Source: an uncultured Lachnospiraceae bacterium
GTDB taxonomy: Bacteria > Bacillota > Clostridia > Lachnospirales > Lachnospiraceae
NCBI GenBank assembly: GCA_948468325.1
Contig: CAOKHR010000001.1
Span: forward strand, 1 to 38,986
DNA: 38,986 nt
Direction of reading: 5' to 3'
Position 1 is the first letter of the stretch. Every line of letters starts with the position of its first letter. The translations under genes were made by a program, and so were the position numbers. The notes below the pieces were generated by a model. It was not told the DNA's origin. It saw nothing but the letters and a program-made list of their open reading frames with translations, and searched no databases. This document shows, in pieces, positions 9,186 to 17,969 of this stretch.

Positions 9186-9214
9186 ATTGTATCCCATTTT
9201 ATTTTATATGGCAA
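9186..9214 (-). promoter_or_regulatory. Sigma-A promoter for ddl-murF
   Basis: TTGCCA-N17-TACAAT on the minus strand. Confidence 0.65.
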
Positions 9215-9235
9215 GCGGGCATACACAAATGCAGA

Positions 9236-9277
9236 CATGCGGTTTCAGGAAATTTTATTTTCTGCTGAAACCGCATG
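9236..9277 (-). terminator. Stem-loop after the XRE-TPR regulator (possible terminator)
   Basis: CATGCGGTTTCAG and CTGAAACCGCATG form a perfect 13-bp inverted repeat; the U-tract is weak. Confidence 0.5.
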
Positions 9278-9305
9278 GCAATCGGAGGTTTTATTTTATA
9301 TAATA

Positions 9306-10229
9306 TCAGAAAGTCACAAATACGGGGTCTATCGCTTTATAAAATTCTTCAAAGCTCCCATAGCCCCTGTACTCTTCTGTAAGGTCGAGAATTGCTTTTG
9401 CCTGCCGCATGCTTTTCTCTGCCATTCTAAAATCTTTAGAAGCGGTATAACACCATGCCCTGATGCAGAACAGATGCGGCAGGACGGTATAGTTTCCTGA
9501 AAAAAAACAGCTTTCAATACCGTTGTCACATTGTTTTACCGCTTCTTCATATCTACTCTGCTTTTCCAAAATCCATGCCAGATTTCCCAAAATCATCGGC
9601 CGGATCTTCGCGGAATCTTCCGGATCTAACATTCTGCTTTCTAAATAATACTTCAAATAATACAATATCCGAAACGCCGTTTCCGTCTCGCGCTGCTTTG
9701 CATAGGCAATCCCCATATTTGACAAAATATAGATTTCATCATAAGTAAGTATTACCGTCTTCTTCGGCATTTGAAATCTTTTTACATAATCCGGAATGGT
9801 AATCTCCAGCGCCTGTTTCAGCTTCGGCAGAATTTCCTCTTCCCGTTCTTTTAAAATCGCCTGATAAACCGCCTGTGTATACATCGCAAACTGGCGGCAG
9901 AACGGATTTTTTTCTTCTTTTAAAATACCGTACTGCTTCATTGCGTTTTTTGCCTCGGCCATTTTCCGCAGTTCCAGATACACCAGAATCTGTTTGCAGA
10001 GTTTGGAACGCTGCATTTCCTTTTTCGTATCAAAAGAAATCCACATATGATGCATTCCCGGCATTCGGCTGCACAAGGCCCGAAACACCTGCTTTGATAC
10101 AATTTCCCTGCCGTTTTCAATTCTGGAAAGCGTACCCGGCGTACAGATTCCATAAGCTAATTCTTCCTGTGTGTATCCCATTCGCCCCCGCATTTCACGG
10201 ATTGCCTCTCCCATGCCATATGTCGGCAT
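9306..10229 (-). CDS. XRE-family HTH regulator with C-terminal TPR-like helical domain (RRNPP-like architecture)
   Basis: GEAIREMRGRMGYTQEELAYGICTPGTLSRIENG HTH; ILSNMGIAY...A and ILGNLAWIL...YEEAV TPR-like helices. Confidence 0.8.
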   Translation of the reverse strand: MPTYGMGEAIREMRGRMGYTQEELAYGICTPGTLSRIENGREIVSKQVFRALCSRMPGMHHMWISFDTKKEMQRSKLCKQILVYLELRKMAEAKNAMKQYGILKEEKNPFCRQFAMYTQAVYQAILKEREEEILPKLKQALEITIPDYVKRFQMPKKTVILTYDEIYILSNMGIAYAKQRETETAFRILYYLKYYLESRMLDPEDSAKIRPMILGNLAWILEKQSRYEEAVKQCDNGIESCFFSGNYTVLPHLFCIRAWCYTASKDFRMAEKSMRQAKAILDLTEEYRGYGSFEEFYKAIDPVFVTF

Positions 10230-10266
10230 ATTTCATCCCCCTTTGTCACAGCTCTCCTGTAAACAC

Positions 10267-10295
10267 ACTATAATCCGGATTTCGACAGAGTACAA
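10267..10295 (-). promoter_or_regulatory. Sigma-A-like promoter with a Spo0A box (TGTCGAA, 10281-10287) in the spacer
   Basis: TTGTAC-TCTGTCGAAATCCGGAT-TATAGT (17-nt spacer) upstream of SD AAAGGGGG. Confidence 0.45.
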
Positions 10296-10343
10296 TCAGC
10301 ATATTGAGGGTCATTATTCATAAAGAATTTTTTATATGTGTGG

Positions 10344-10970
10344 TTAGCGAATGTAATTTGTTTTTTCTGTGTATTCGTTTTCGGGAAGGGAAATTCCGCT
10401 GTTTTTGCCCGCTTCCAGACATTTTAACAGCCATGCCATATTTCTTCCAAGATTTCTCATAATCTGAAGTCCTTCTTTATCCTGCATGACATCCTCCGGC
10501 CTGTTCCCGTGAACCATATTCCAGTAAGAAGATGATACGACAGGCATCTCCGAAATTGTAAAATATTTGTTCAGCACATCTACGGAAGCTGTCGTGCCTG
10601 CTCTTCTGGCCGAAGCAACTGCCGCGCCCGGCTTGTGCATAAACGCACGCTTGCCCGCATAGAACATCCTGTCTAATGCACTTAAAATCCGTCCGGAAGG
10701 ATGCGCATAATATACCGGCGTCCCAAATACAAAACCATCGGATTCTTCTGCTTTGGCAATAATTTCGTTGATTTTGTCATCCTCAAATACGCAGCCCGGA
10801 TGCGCCTGATTGCATTGTCCGCAGCCGATGCAGTCGCGGACTTTGTCTGCGCCGAGCCATACGATTTCAGTCTGTATTCCCTCCTCATTTAAACATTTTT
10901 CCACCTGTGACAACGCTGTATACGTACAGCCTTTCTCTCTGGAGCTTCCGTTTACCATCAAAACCTTCAC
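10344..10970 (-). CDS. Flavodoxin family / iron-sulfur flavoprotein (NADPH-dependent FMN reductase fold)
   Basis: GTG start with SD GGAGG; NGSSR, CIGCGQC...C cluster motif, GTPVYY and RRAG. Confidence 0.88.
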   Translation of the reverse strand: MKVLMVNGSSREKGCTYTALSQVEKCLNEEGIQTEIVWLGADKVRDCIGCGQCNQAHPGCVFEDDKINEIIAKAEESDGFVFGTPVYYAHPSGRILSALDRMFYAGKRAFMHKPGAAVASARRAGTTASVDVLNKYFTISEMPVVSSSYWNMVHGNRPEDVMQDKEGLQIMRNLGRNMAWLLKCLEAGKNSGISLPENEYTEKTNYIR

Positions 10971-11122
10971 TTTATTTACCTCCTGCTATTTTTTCTGTTT
11001 CTCCTTATTATATTGAAAAAAACATTTAAATCAATATTTAATATTCTCTTTTCTTCAAAAAAATGCTAAAATTAAGAACATAATCATATCACTGTATTTT
11101 AACAGGAAGCGAGGCTATTCTT

Positions 11123-11494
11123 ATGAACACAATTCAAACAACGAAAGCGCCCGGTGCAATCGGGCCTTATTCCCAGGGATACGAAGCAAACGGTTTTGTA
11201 TTCACTTCCGGACAAATTGCAATTATTCCCGAAACAGGAGAAATCGCACAGGGCATACGCGCACAGGCCGGACAGTGCTGTAAAAACATTGGCGCCATTT
11301 TAGAATCAGCCGGATGCGGCTATGAAAACGTTGTTAAAACCACCTGTTTTCTTGCAAATATGGAAGATTTTGCCGTATTTAATGAAATCTATGCAGATTA
11401 TTTTATTTCCAAACCCGCAAGAAGCTGCGTTGCCGTAAAGGAATTACCGAAAGGCGTATTATGCGAAGTAGAGGCAATTGCCGTAAAGAACTGA
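11123..11494 (+). CDS. ridA: RidA/YjgF family enamine-imine deaminase
   Basis: APGAIGPYSQ, SGQI, VVKTTCFL, PARSCV and EVEAIA motifs. Confidence 0.9.
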   Translation: MNTIQTTKAPGAIGPYSQGYEANGFVFTSGQIAIIPETGEIAQGIRAQAGQCCKNIGAILESAGCGYENVVKTTCFLANMEDFAVFNEIYADYFISKPARSCVAVKELPKGVLCEVEAIAVKN

Positions 11495-11495
11495 C

Positions 11496-11541
11496 AAAAA
11501 GCGCCCGAAATCCGTACAATCGCGGATTTCGGGCGCTTTTT
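11496..11541. terminator. Bidirectional rho-independent terminator between ridA and the ABC cassette
   Basis: AAAAAGCGCCCGAAATCCG...CGGATTTCGGGCGCTTTTT perfect inverted repeat with A and T tracts between convergent genes. Confidence 0.9.
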
Positions 11542-11572
11542 AAATTATATGTGACTGCCCCGAAGGGATGTG

Positions 11573-12703
11573 TCATTTGATTTCTTCCACCTCTGTCCAG
11601 CTTTTATCCTTCAAATCATAAAAATAACTTTGATCGTCCTTTTCGACCCAATAGCGCCCGTCATCGAAACGCAGCCTCACAAATACCTCTGTGTCCGGCT
11701 CAAAATCATCAAATAAATATTGTTTTTCTGCTATATCATAATATTTATAAAAATCTTTGTTTCTATCGCCGTCTTTTGTTCTTCGGACCAACTCGATCCA
11801 TCCGATCTTGAAATAAATAAAATCATATTTCTCATCACATGTCAGAATTTCTTCTCTTTTTTTTGTCTTTAGATTGTAAGTTTCTACTTTGTCTTTCTCA
11901 TCCGACTGCAAAAATATCGTATCATCCAGAACAAACTGGCCGTCCTCTACTTCTCCGTCGAAAACATCCCTGATTTCTTTCGTATGAAAATCATACTGCC
12001 TGTATTTAAGCCAGTTATCTCCGCCATAATCCATTTCCAGAAAATAAATCGAGTCTCCGCTTCCGCCGCACGGAACCGTATAAATTGAATCTCTGTCTTC
12101 CAGAATCTCTGTCTCTTCGTCTGTCAAAAGATCATACATAACCAAAACCGGAAAGGAGGATTCACTGCCGCTTCCGTCTTCAAATTCTACGATTGTCGGA
12201 ATAGAAAGAAATAATTTTCCTCTGTACATGCTTGCCGCATTTGGAGGCGTCCTTCGGCCTTCAAATTTGTGAACCTGTTTTTTATCGGTTCCGTCTTTGT
12301 TTACGCTGTACAGATACAGCCCGACATCGTCTTCGCCGGATTTCGAGACCATATAATACAATCTGCCGTCCATACAAGTCATAAATCCCATATAGCTTGT
12401 CTCTCCTACTACTGCCTGGCACTCTTCGGAATTGTGTTTACAGTTCACTTTCTGACAGAGAACCGTCTCTTTTGCGGAATTTTTATCTGCATATTTTAAA
12501 ACCATATAGTCGTTTATGTCATCTTGTACCTGCTGTACATAATATACGCCTTCCTCTGACTCTGTGATATTAATCATAGGAAGGAATTTATTATAATCCT
12601 GCCCGCTTGTCTCCCCGCTTTTTTTCTTCTGGCTGCATCCCGCCAAAAGCGCCGCAAAGCACAGCGTCCCTATTATGATCCTGCCATATTTTTTTCTCTG
12701 CAT
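11573..12703 (-). CDS. Uncharacterised acidic lipoprotein, probably a beta-propeller (DUF5050-like)
   Basis: Start MQRKKYG with SD AAAGGAG; lipobox LLAGC; LCQKVNCKH..EC motif; repeated short aromatic strands (GRLYY, LYSVNKDGT, YDL). Confidence 0.7.
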   Translation of the reverse strand: MQRKKYGRIIIGTLCFAALLAGCSQKKKSGETSGQDYNKFLPMINITESEEGVYYVQQVQDDINDYMVLKYADKNSAKETVLCQKVNCKHNSEECQAVVGETSYMGFMTCMDGRLYYMVSKSGEDDVGLYLYSVNKDGTDKKQVHKFEGRRTPPNAASMYRGKLFLSIPTIVEFEDGSGSESSFPVLVMYDLLTDEETEILEDRDSIYTVPCGGSGDSIYFLEMDYGGDNWLKYRQYDFHTKEIRDVFDGEVEDGQFVLDDTIFLQSDEKDKVETYNLKTKKREEILTCDEKYDFIYFKIGWIELVRRTKDGDRNKDFYKYYDIAEKQYLFDDFEPDTEVFVRLRFDDGRYWVEKDDQSYFYDLKDKSWTEVEEIK

Positions 12704-14832
12704 AATATCTCCTTTCCGGTAATTGCTGCGGCCGCGGCAAATATAAAAAGTAGGCCGGCCATCATCCACTGACTCTGATATGTAAATACAAAAAAGAAAT
12801 CATGAATCATTCTAAGCCACCGCGCCGAAAGATACGGCGACAAAAGCGTCGGAACCACAGCTCCGCCCAAGATCATTCCCGTCAGCATGTACTGGTTTTT
12901 TACCCGTTTTCCGAAAGCGGACAAAAGAATCAGTACGGCAGACGCACTGACGCATTGTACGATAATTCCTGTCACAAAAAATACAATTACCGGCAATTTA
13001 ATATCGCTGCTCCAATACTGGGGCAGACAGTCTGCCGGAGCCAGAAGCTTTAAATCATATTCACTGACGGCTCTTACAAAGGAAATGATCCCAAATACAG
13101 CAATCAGAGGAATCGTATACAAATGAAGCGCTGCAATTTTTGCATTCCACAGCTTTGCCCCGCCGCAGACTGACGTCCTTTGCAAAACTTCAGCATGCGT
13201 TTCTTTTTCTTTCTGGAAGACTGCGGGAATCAGGAATGCAAAAGAAATGCAAAGCAAAAGAACCATCATTCTTGAAACTTCCGTAAAACAAAATAAAATG
13301 CTGTACTGCACATCTTTTAAGAAAATTCCTTCTTTTTCATCATTTTTGAGTGCTTCCATCCGGTTTACGTATTTTTCTAAGCCCATCCGGCGCTCCAGTT
13401 CTTTCTGCAGTGCATCTGCACGGTACACATTTTCTTCCTGCATCAGTTCTCTTTCAATATTGGAAAAATAATCCTCCTCCGCTGCAATATCTGCAGCTGT
13501 CTGCTTCGTAATTCTGTCTCCAAACCGGTCAATATACTGTTGGTAATAATACTCCTCTGTTCCCAGATAATCACGATACTGCCGCACGGTAAGTCCCTGT
13601 AATAAAATACAGGCAGCAAAAAAGAATATCCCTCTCTGATAAATCCACATTTTTTTCACTTCATAATAAAAAAGCGTATGCGGTTTCTTATTTGTACCTT
13701 TTTTTATTTTAATTTTTCGTTTTCTTTCTCTCCGGCTGCCGGTTCCTGCAATCATAATCATACCAATTGTCAAAACAAGCAGCGGAAGAAATCCCCACAC
13801 TGACTCTATCATAAAATTCCCAAATCGAATCAGTTCATATGTACCAATCACAGGTTTTCCCCGCAGAAAACTCCATACGTTCCAAATCCGGACAGCCGCA
13901 GTCAGACCGCCGCCTCCAAAAAAACTGCCTGCCCAAATGCTAAACCCCAAAATTCCTGTGATTCCTGCCGCCATTAAGATTACAGAATGAAATCGTCTGG
14001 CAAATACAACTGCAGCTGCAGTCAGTATTGCCGCTGCAAATACTTTTAAAACAATGCATACAAAAATATATTTCCCGATTGTCCAGGCATACGGAACCGC
14101 AAAATATTGCGGAACGCTTTGTATTGCCGCCGAAAAAGAAACCGGGCCGACAAACGCCTCTTCCAGCACAAAGTTTAGAAAAAAAGCAAAGAGTATGTAT
14201 GCTGTAAAACTGATGTAAACGACAAACAGCTTGGCCAGAAATAATCTTGTTTTTCCATAATACATCGCACATGCAAAATCTGTTTTTCCTGTTTTTTCCT
14301 CCTGGCAGAACACGACGCTTACCAGATAAATCAGAAATATTACTGCCAGCAAATCTCCTGCATAGAAATCCAGCAGATGCTCCACTCCCAAATAAGGCTG
14401 AAGCTGCATAGGCGCCGTAATCCGAAGTTCCTTATAAGTCTCTGCAATCCGCCTCATATAATCTGTCTGGTTCCACTCGGAATCCGAAAATATGGAAATT
14501 TCCTGATTCTTCTCATATTGATTCTGAATGGATGCGCGGTATGCCTCATAACCGTCGATCGCCTTTACCTCTCTGCTAATTTGTTCCAGCGCCACCCATT
14601 CTTCATAGTCTGCCGTGCTTTGCGTCTCTATTTTTTCATCCAGCCACGCAGAGACATCCCCGCCCTTTTCTTCCAGAATACTGTGTATATGCAGATATTC
14701 TGAAAGCCATTCCTCATTTTTACCCAAATCACTCCAAAATACAATGCCGGACAAGATAAAGAAAAATAAAAACGTTTTTAAAACGGAAGCGTTCTTCCAT
14801 AATTTTTTCCATTCATACCATATAAGCCTCAT
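12673..14832 (-). CDS. ABC exporter permease with two tandem ABC-2-like halves
   Basis: Each half starts with YEWKKLW or YEVKKMW, then a TM helix, a large loop and VFxxE(E/K)xT...G..xLFxAK / LWNAK; many TM segments. Confidence 0.8.
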   Translation of the reverse strand: MRLIWYEWKKLWKNASVLKTFLFFFILSGIVFWSDLGKNEEWLSEYLHIHSILEEKGGDVSAWLDEKIETQSTADYEEWVALEQISREVKAIDGYEAYRASIQNQYEKNQEISIFSDSEWNQTDYMRRIAETYKELRITAPMQLQPYLGVEHLLDFYAGDLLAVIFLIYLVSVVFCQEEKTGKTDFACAMYYGKTRLFLAKLFVVYISFTAYILFAFFLNFVLEEAFVGPVSFSAAIQSVPQYFAVPYAWTIGKYIFVCIVLKVFAAAILTAAAVVFARRFHSVILMAAGITGILGFSIWAGSFFGGGGLTAAVRIWNVWSFLRGKPVIGTYELIRFGNFMIESVWGFLPLLVLTIGMIMIAGTGSRRERKRKIKIKKGTNKKPHTLFYYEVKKMWIYQRGIFFFAACILLQGLTVRQYRDYLGTEEYYYQQYIDRFGDRITKQTAADIAAEEDYFSNIERELMQEENVYRADALQKELERRMGLEKYVNRMEALKNDEKEGIFLKDVQYSILFCFTEVSRMMVLLLCISFAFLIPAVFQKEKETHAEVLQRTSVCGGAKLWNAKIAALHLYTIPLIAVFGIISFVRAVSEYDLKLLAPADCLPQYWSSDIKLPVIVFFVTGIIVQCVSASAVLILLSAFGKRVKNQYMLTGMILGGAVVPTLLSPYLSARWLRMIHDFFFVFTYQSQWMMAGLLFIFAAAAAITGKEILCREKNMAGS

Positions 14833-14838
14833 AGGTTA

Positions 14839-15708
14839 TCATTCTTCCCCTCCAAAGTAACACAAATAGACATCCTCTAAATCCGGATATACTTCTTTTC
14901 CATTCTCTGGCTGTTTTTCTTCTTCTCCTACGATTACTTTTGCATAGATATTTCCTTTTCGATGACAGACACTGCTGACCTTGTATCTGGCTTCCAGTTT
15001 TTCCAGCGGAACATTAAGCTCCATCTCAAAAACCCGTCCATTTAACTGTTCCGTCAGCTCCCAGGCCGTATTTTCTGCCACAAGGCTTCCATGATCCAGC
15101 ATCAGTATTTTATTTGCAATCAGTTCTACATCGCTGACCACATGCGTCGCAATAATAATAATTCTGTCCCTGGCATATTCTGCAATTAAATTTCTCATTT
15201 CGATTCGTTTTTTCGGATCTAATCCCGCCGTAGGCTCGTCTAAAATAACCATCTTTGGCTGGTTCAGCAAAGCCTGTGCTAACATCAGCCTCTGCTGCAT
15301 GCCTCCCGACAGTGTCTTTATCTTCTGGTTTTTTACGTTACTCAGACGCACTTTCTCCAGCAGCTCTTCGGCAGCGCCGAAAAGAACTTTCCGCTCCATT
15401 CCTTTCAGGGCGCCGATATAATATAAATATTCTAAAACTCCAAATTCCGGATACAGGCACGTTTGCTGCGGCATATATCCCAGAACTTTTAAAAAATCCT
15501 TTTTTAATACCCGTATATCTTTTCCATCAAATAAAATTTCTCCGCCGGACGGTTCTAACAGCATGCTGATTAATTTCATAAATGTGCTTTTTCCGGCGCC
15601 GTTCGGACCGAGAAGTCCGTATATACCAGACGAAAGCTGGAGATTTAAAGGTTTTAATGCCTCTTTGTTTCCATAAGATTTTTTCAGGTTTTTTAATTCC
15701 AGCATCAT
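14839..15708 (-). CDS. ABC transporter ATP-binding protein (exporter, ABC-2 type)
   Basis: GPNGAGKST, LSGGMQQR, ILDEPTAGLDP and ATH motifs; C-terminal PDLEDVYL. Confidence 0.93.
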   Translation of the reverse strand: MMLELKNLKKSYGNKEALKPLNLQLSSGIYGLLGPNGAGKSTFMKLISMLLEPSGGEILFDGKDIRVLKKDFLKVLGYMPQQTCLYPEFGVLEYLYYIGALKGMERKVLFGAAEELLEKVRLSNVKNQKIKTLSGGMQQRLMLAQALLNQPKMVILDEPTAGLDPKKRIEMRNLIAEYARDRIIIIATHVVSDVELIANKILMLDHGSLVAENTAWELTEQLNGRVFEMELNVPLEKLEARYKVSSVCHRKGNIYAKVIVGEEEKQPENGKEVYPDLEDVYLCYFGGEE

Positions 15709-15711
15709 GTC

Positions 15712-17217
15712 CTATTCCTCCCAGCTATCCACCTGTTTCTGAAGCTCCGACATAACCTCCTCAAGCCCGGCATCCTCTAACTTCTCCTGCTGCCTGTACA
15801 GATAGGCTTTTATGTCTGGTACCCCGGAAAATTGCAGCTCATGAATCGTTTCCTGATAAATTGCCGCAATTTCACTCATCTTTCTTAATAAATCTTTATT
15901 CCAGTCCGGCGTAAAATTACTATACGGCATAGACGGAATTTCCTTAAGAATCTTCTCTGCTTTTTCTTTCTTATCTAACACTTCCAGCTCATTTGGATAG
16001 GCAATCATATTGTTTCCGACCGGACTATAGCTTCCCATACATGAAATTGAATTCTCATTTTGATAAACGGCATGCCCGTCAACCAGACGGTAATCTTCTT
16101 CCGGTACGCCATAAATCATAAGATTCGACAATTCCTCATCGTATACCGAAGCCGCGAGCACCTGTACCGCCAACTCCTGATTCTGGCTGCTCTTTAACAC
16201 TCCGTTTCCATAAGAACGGGTGATATATGGATTTCCCAGACGGACCGCCAGCGTCCTTTCTTCATCTTCGGTTCCCTGCAATTCCCGTATTGTCGGCATA
16301 TTCTGTAAGGTAAATACCGGCTGTGCAGTCACGTTCCCTGAGCTGTCATGCGCGTCCAGATTATTCTCGTAAATATATTGATACAGTTCAAACGCATTTT
16401 GTATTTCCTCAATGGAGAAGCTGTCTTCAATCTTTTTTTCCTTAAGATTTAAATACAAATTATTTGTTATGCCCTCTAATACCGGCATACTCTTTCCCAT
16501 CAGATAATCGCTATAATCCAAACCAGATGCATTCGTAAGAATATACCTGTTGTCCAAAACATGCGATTCCTCAAAATATGGCAAAAGCCATCTTACGACT
16601 TCCTCCGGCGTCATTCTTTTAATCTTTTCCTCTTCCAGCGGTACCTGATATTTTTCTATAAAAGATTTATCAAAACAGTACGCCGTTTCTTTCACACTGA
16701 CATTTCCACGGGGAATCTGATATGTTCTGCCGTTAATTCGGTTTGCCTTCCAGATGTTCTCTGGAATCGCTTCTCTGGCTTTTTTCATTCCCTCATCTTT
16801 CATATAGTCATCCAAAGGAAGAAACCTGTCATATTCCATAAACGAAATTTCTGCAATATCTACTTTTGCATCGTTTTGCAGTAATGTTTGAATTTTTTCA
16901 CCTGAATATACAATCTCGTTTTTATACCAGGAGCCATTTATGAATTCTTCTTCTGCCGCTTCATGCTGGAACGGCACATATTTAAAAACTACTTTCGCAG
17001 ATATTCCCAGTTCTTTTAACCTCTTATTAAACAATTCAAACCGTTTTGCATGAACTTCCTGATAAGGTTCCCTTTCCTCCCTGTCAACTCCAAAATATTC
17101 CGGTTCGGAGAGATACCATACAATTTCCGTTCGCTTCTTTGAATTTGAAAAAGCAAAAATGCCGCAGGCCGCTGCCAGTAACAGGATAACAATACAAATC
17201 TTCCATTTTCTTTTCAT
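15712..17217 (-). CDS. Membrane-anchored extracellular solute-binding-protein-like protein with DUF3502-like C-terminus
   Basis: Start MKRKWKIC with SD AAAGGA; LAAAC or signal anchor; FLPLDDYM, INGRTYQIP, NLMIYGVPEEDY and KLEDAGLEEVMSELQKQVDSW resemble clostridial SBP/DUF3502 proteins. Confidence 0.7.
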   Translation of the reverse strand: MKRKWKICIVILLLAAACGIFAFSNSKKRTEIVWYLSEPEYFGVDREEREPYQEVHAKRFELFNKRLKELGISAKVVFKYVPFQHEAAEEEFINGSWYKNEIVYSGEKIQTLLQNDAKVDIAEISFMEYDRFLPLDDYMKDEGMKKAREAIPENIWKANRINGRTYQIPRGNVSVKETAYCFDKSFIEKYQVPLEEEKIKRMTPEEVVRWLLPYFEESHVLDNRYILTNASGLDYSDYLMGKSMPVLEGITNNLYLNLKEKKIEDSFSIEEIQNAFELYQYIYENNLDAHDSSGNVTAQPVFTLQNMPTIRELQGTEDEERTLAVRLGNPYITRSYGNGVLKSSQNQELAVQVLAASVYDEELSNLMIYGVPEEDYRLVDGHAVYQNENSISCMGSYSPVGNNMIAYPNELEVLDKKEKAEKILKEIPSMPYSNFTPDWNKDLLRKMSEIAAIYQETIHELQFSGVPDIKAYLYRQQEKLEDAGLEEVMSELQKQVDSWEE

Positions 17218-17263
17218 ACAACTCATTCCTTTCACTGATATAAGCTGCATACGAATCATATAG

Positions 17264-17311
17264 AAAGCGGAAATGGCAGTGAAATCCGCTTTTCACTTTC
17301 ACTGCCATTTC
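17264..17311 (-). other. Intercistronic stem-loop (15 bp) whose loop is complementary to the adjacent 3' sequence
   Basis: GAAATGGCAGTGAAA (17270-17284) pairs with TTTCACTGCCATTTC (17297-17311); AAAGCGGA (17264-17271) pairs with TCCGCTTT (17285-17292). Confidence 0.75.
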
Positions 17312-17316
17312 TCAAA

Positions 17317-17700
17317 TTAATTATAGTTTTTACTAAGTGTTTTCCAGTATGTTCCGTTTAAATAACAGGGCATCATTGCAGATTTACTGATATAATTTGT
17401 AGGAGCACTCTTTGTAATCGTCAACTGTCCCGTCTGTATGCTCTTATTTAAAGTTTGTGTGGATGTATTCCCGCTTACATCTTTCGTTACATATGTTCCG
17501 CCGATTACGCTTTTGGGCGTAATTGGATTCAGCGGATGACCTCCCTCATATATCTTACCCTCAACGCTATATTTTGAAATATTGAGAGTGGCCGTACAAT
17601 CTGCCACCCCATTGCGCGCCTCTGCTGCATAAGATATTGTGGATGATAACATCAATGCTGCAAGCATGCCGCATGCTAAAATTCGCTTTTTATTTGTCAT
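17317..17700 (-). CDS. Small Sec-secreted Thr/Ser-rich protein of unknown function
   Basis: SD AAAGGAG; signal peptide MTNKKRILACGMLAALMLSSTISYA|A; mature part about 100 aa with two Cys. Confidence 0.8.
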   Translation of the reverse strand: MTNKKRILACGMLAALMLSSTISYAAEARNGVADCTATLNISKYSVEGKIYEGGHPLNPITPKSVIGGTYVTKDVSGNTSTQTLNKSIQTGQLTITKSAPTNYISKSAMMPCYLNGTYWKTLSKNYN

Positions 17701-17896
17701 AATATGTTCTCCTTTCTACTCTTCTTCGCTACATCTAATTGCAGCTTTGTAAATAATCCTGATTAACAGCAAGTACAGGCCTCTGGCCAAGCTGTTATCC
17801 ATTATCTTTTGTATGTAAAAAGTGTTGCATTAAACAATAAAAAATGATAAATTAATTATGTCCTCGTAAGACCTAATGCCATTTTATGGCATGCCT

Positions 17897-17935
17897 TCAA
17901 ACTTTTGGCTTATGAGGACTTTTTTGTACATTCAT
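17897..17935 (-). CDS. Putative leader peptide (uORF) MNVQKSPHKPKV
   Basis: ATG at 17935 preceded by AAAGGGGG (17942-17949) at 6-nt spacing; TGA at 17897-17899; lies in the leader between the promoter and the secreted-protein gene. Confidence 0.45.
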   Translation of the reverse strand: MNVQKSPHKPKV

Positions 17936-17969
17936 AGAATTCCCCCTTTCTGCAATATTAATATTTTTG

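Noticed and set aside
17716-17802. 28-codon hydrophobic ORF MDNSLARGLYLLLIRIIYKAAIRCSEEE in the cassette leader (type I toxin-like?)
   Set aside because: It has no SD and coincides with a stem-loop; only ribosome profiling could support it.
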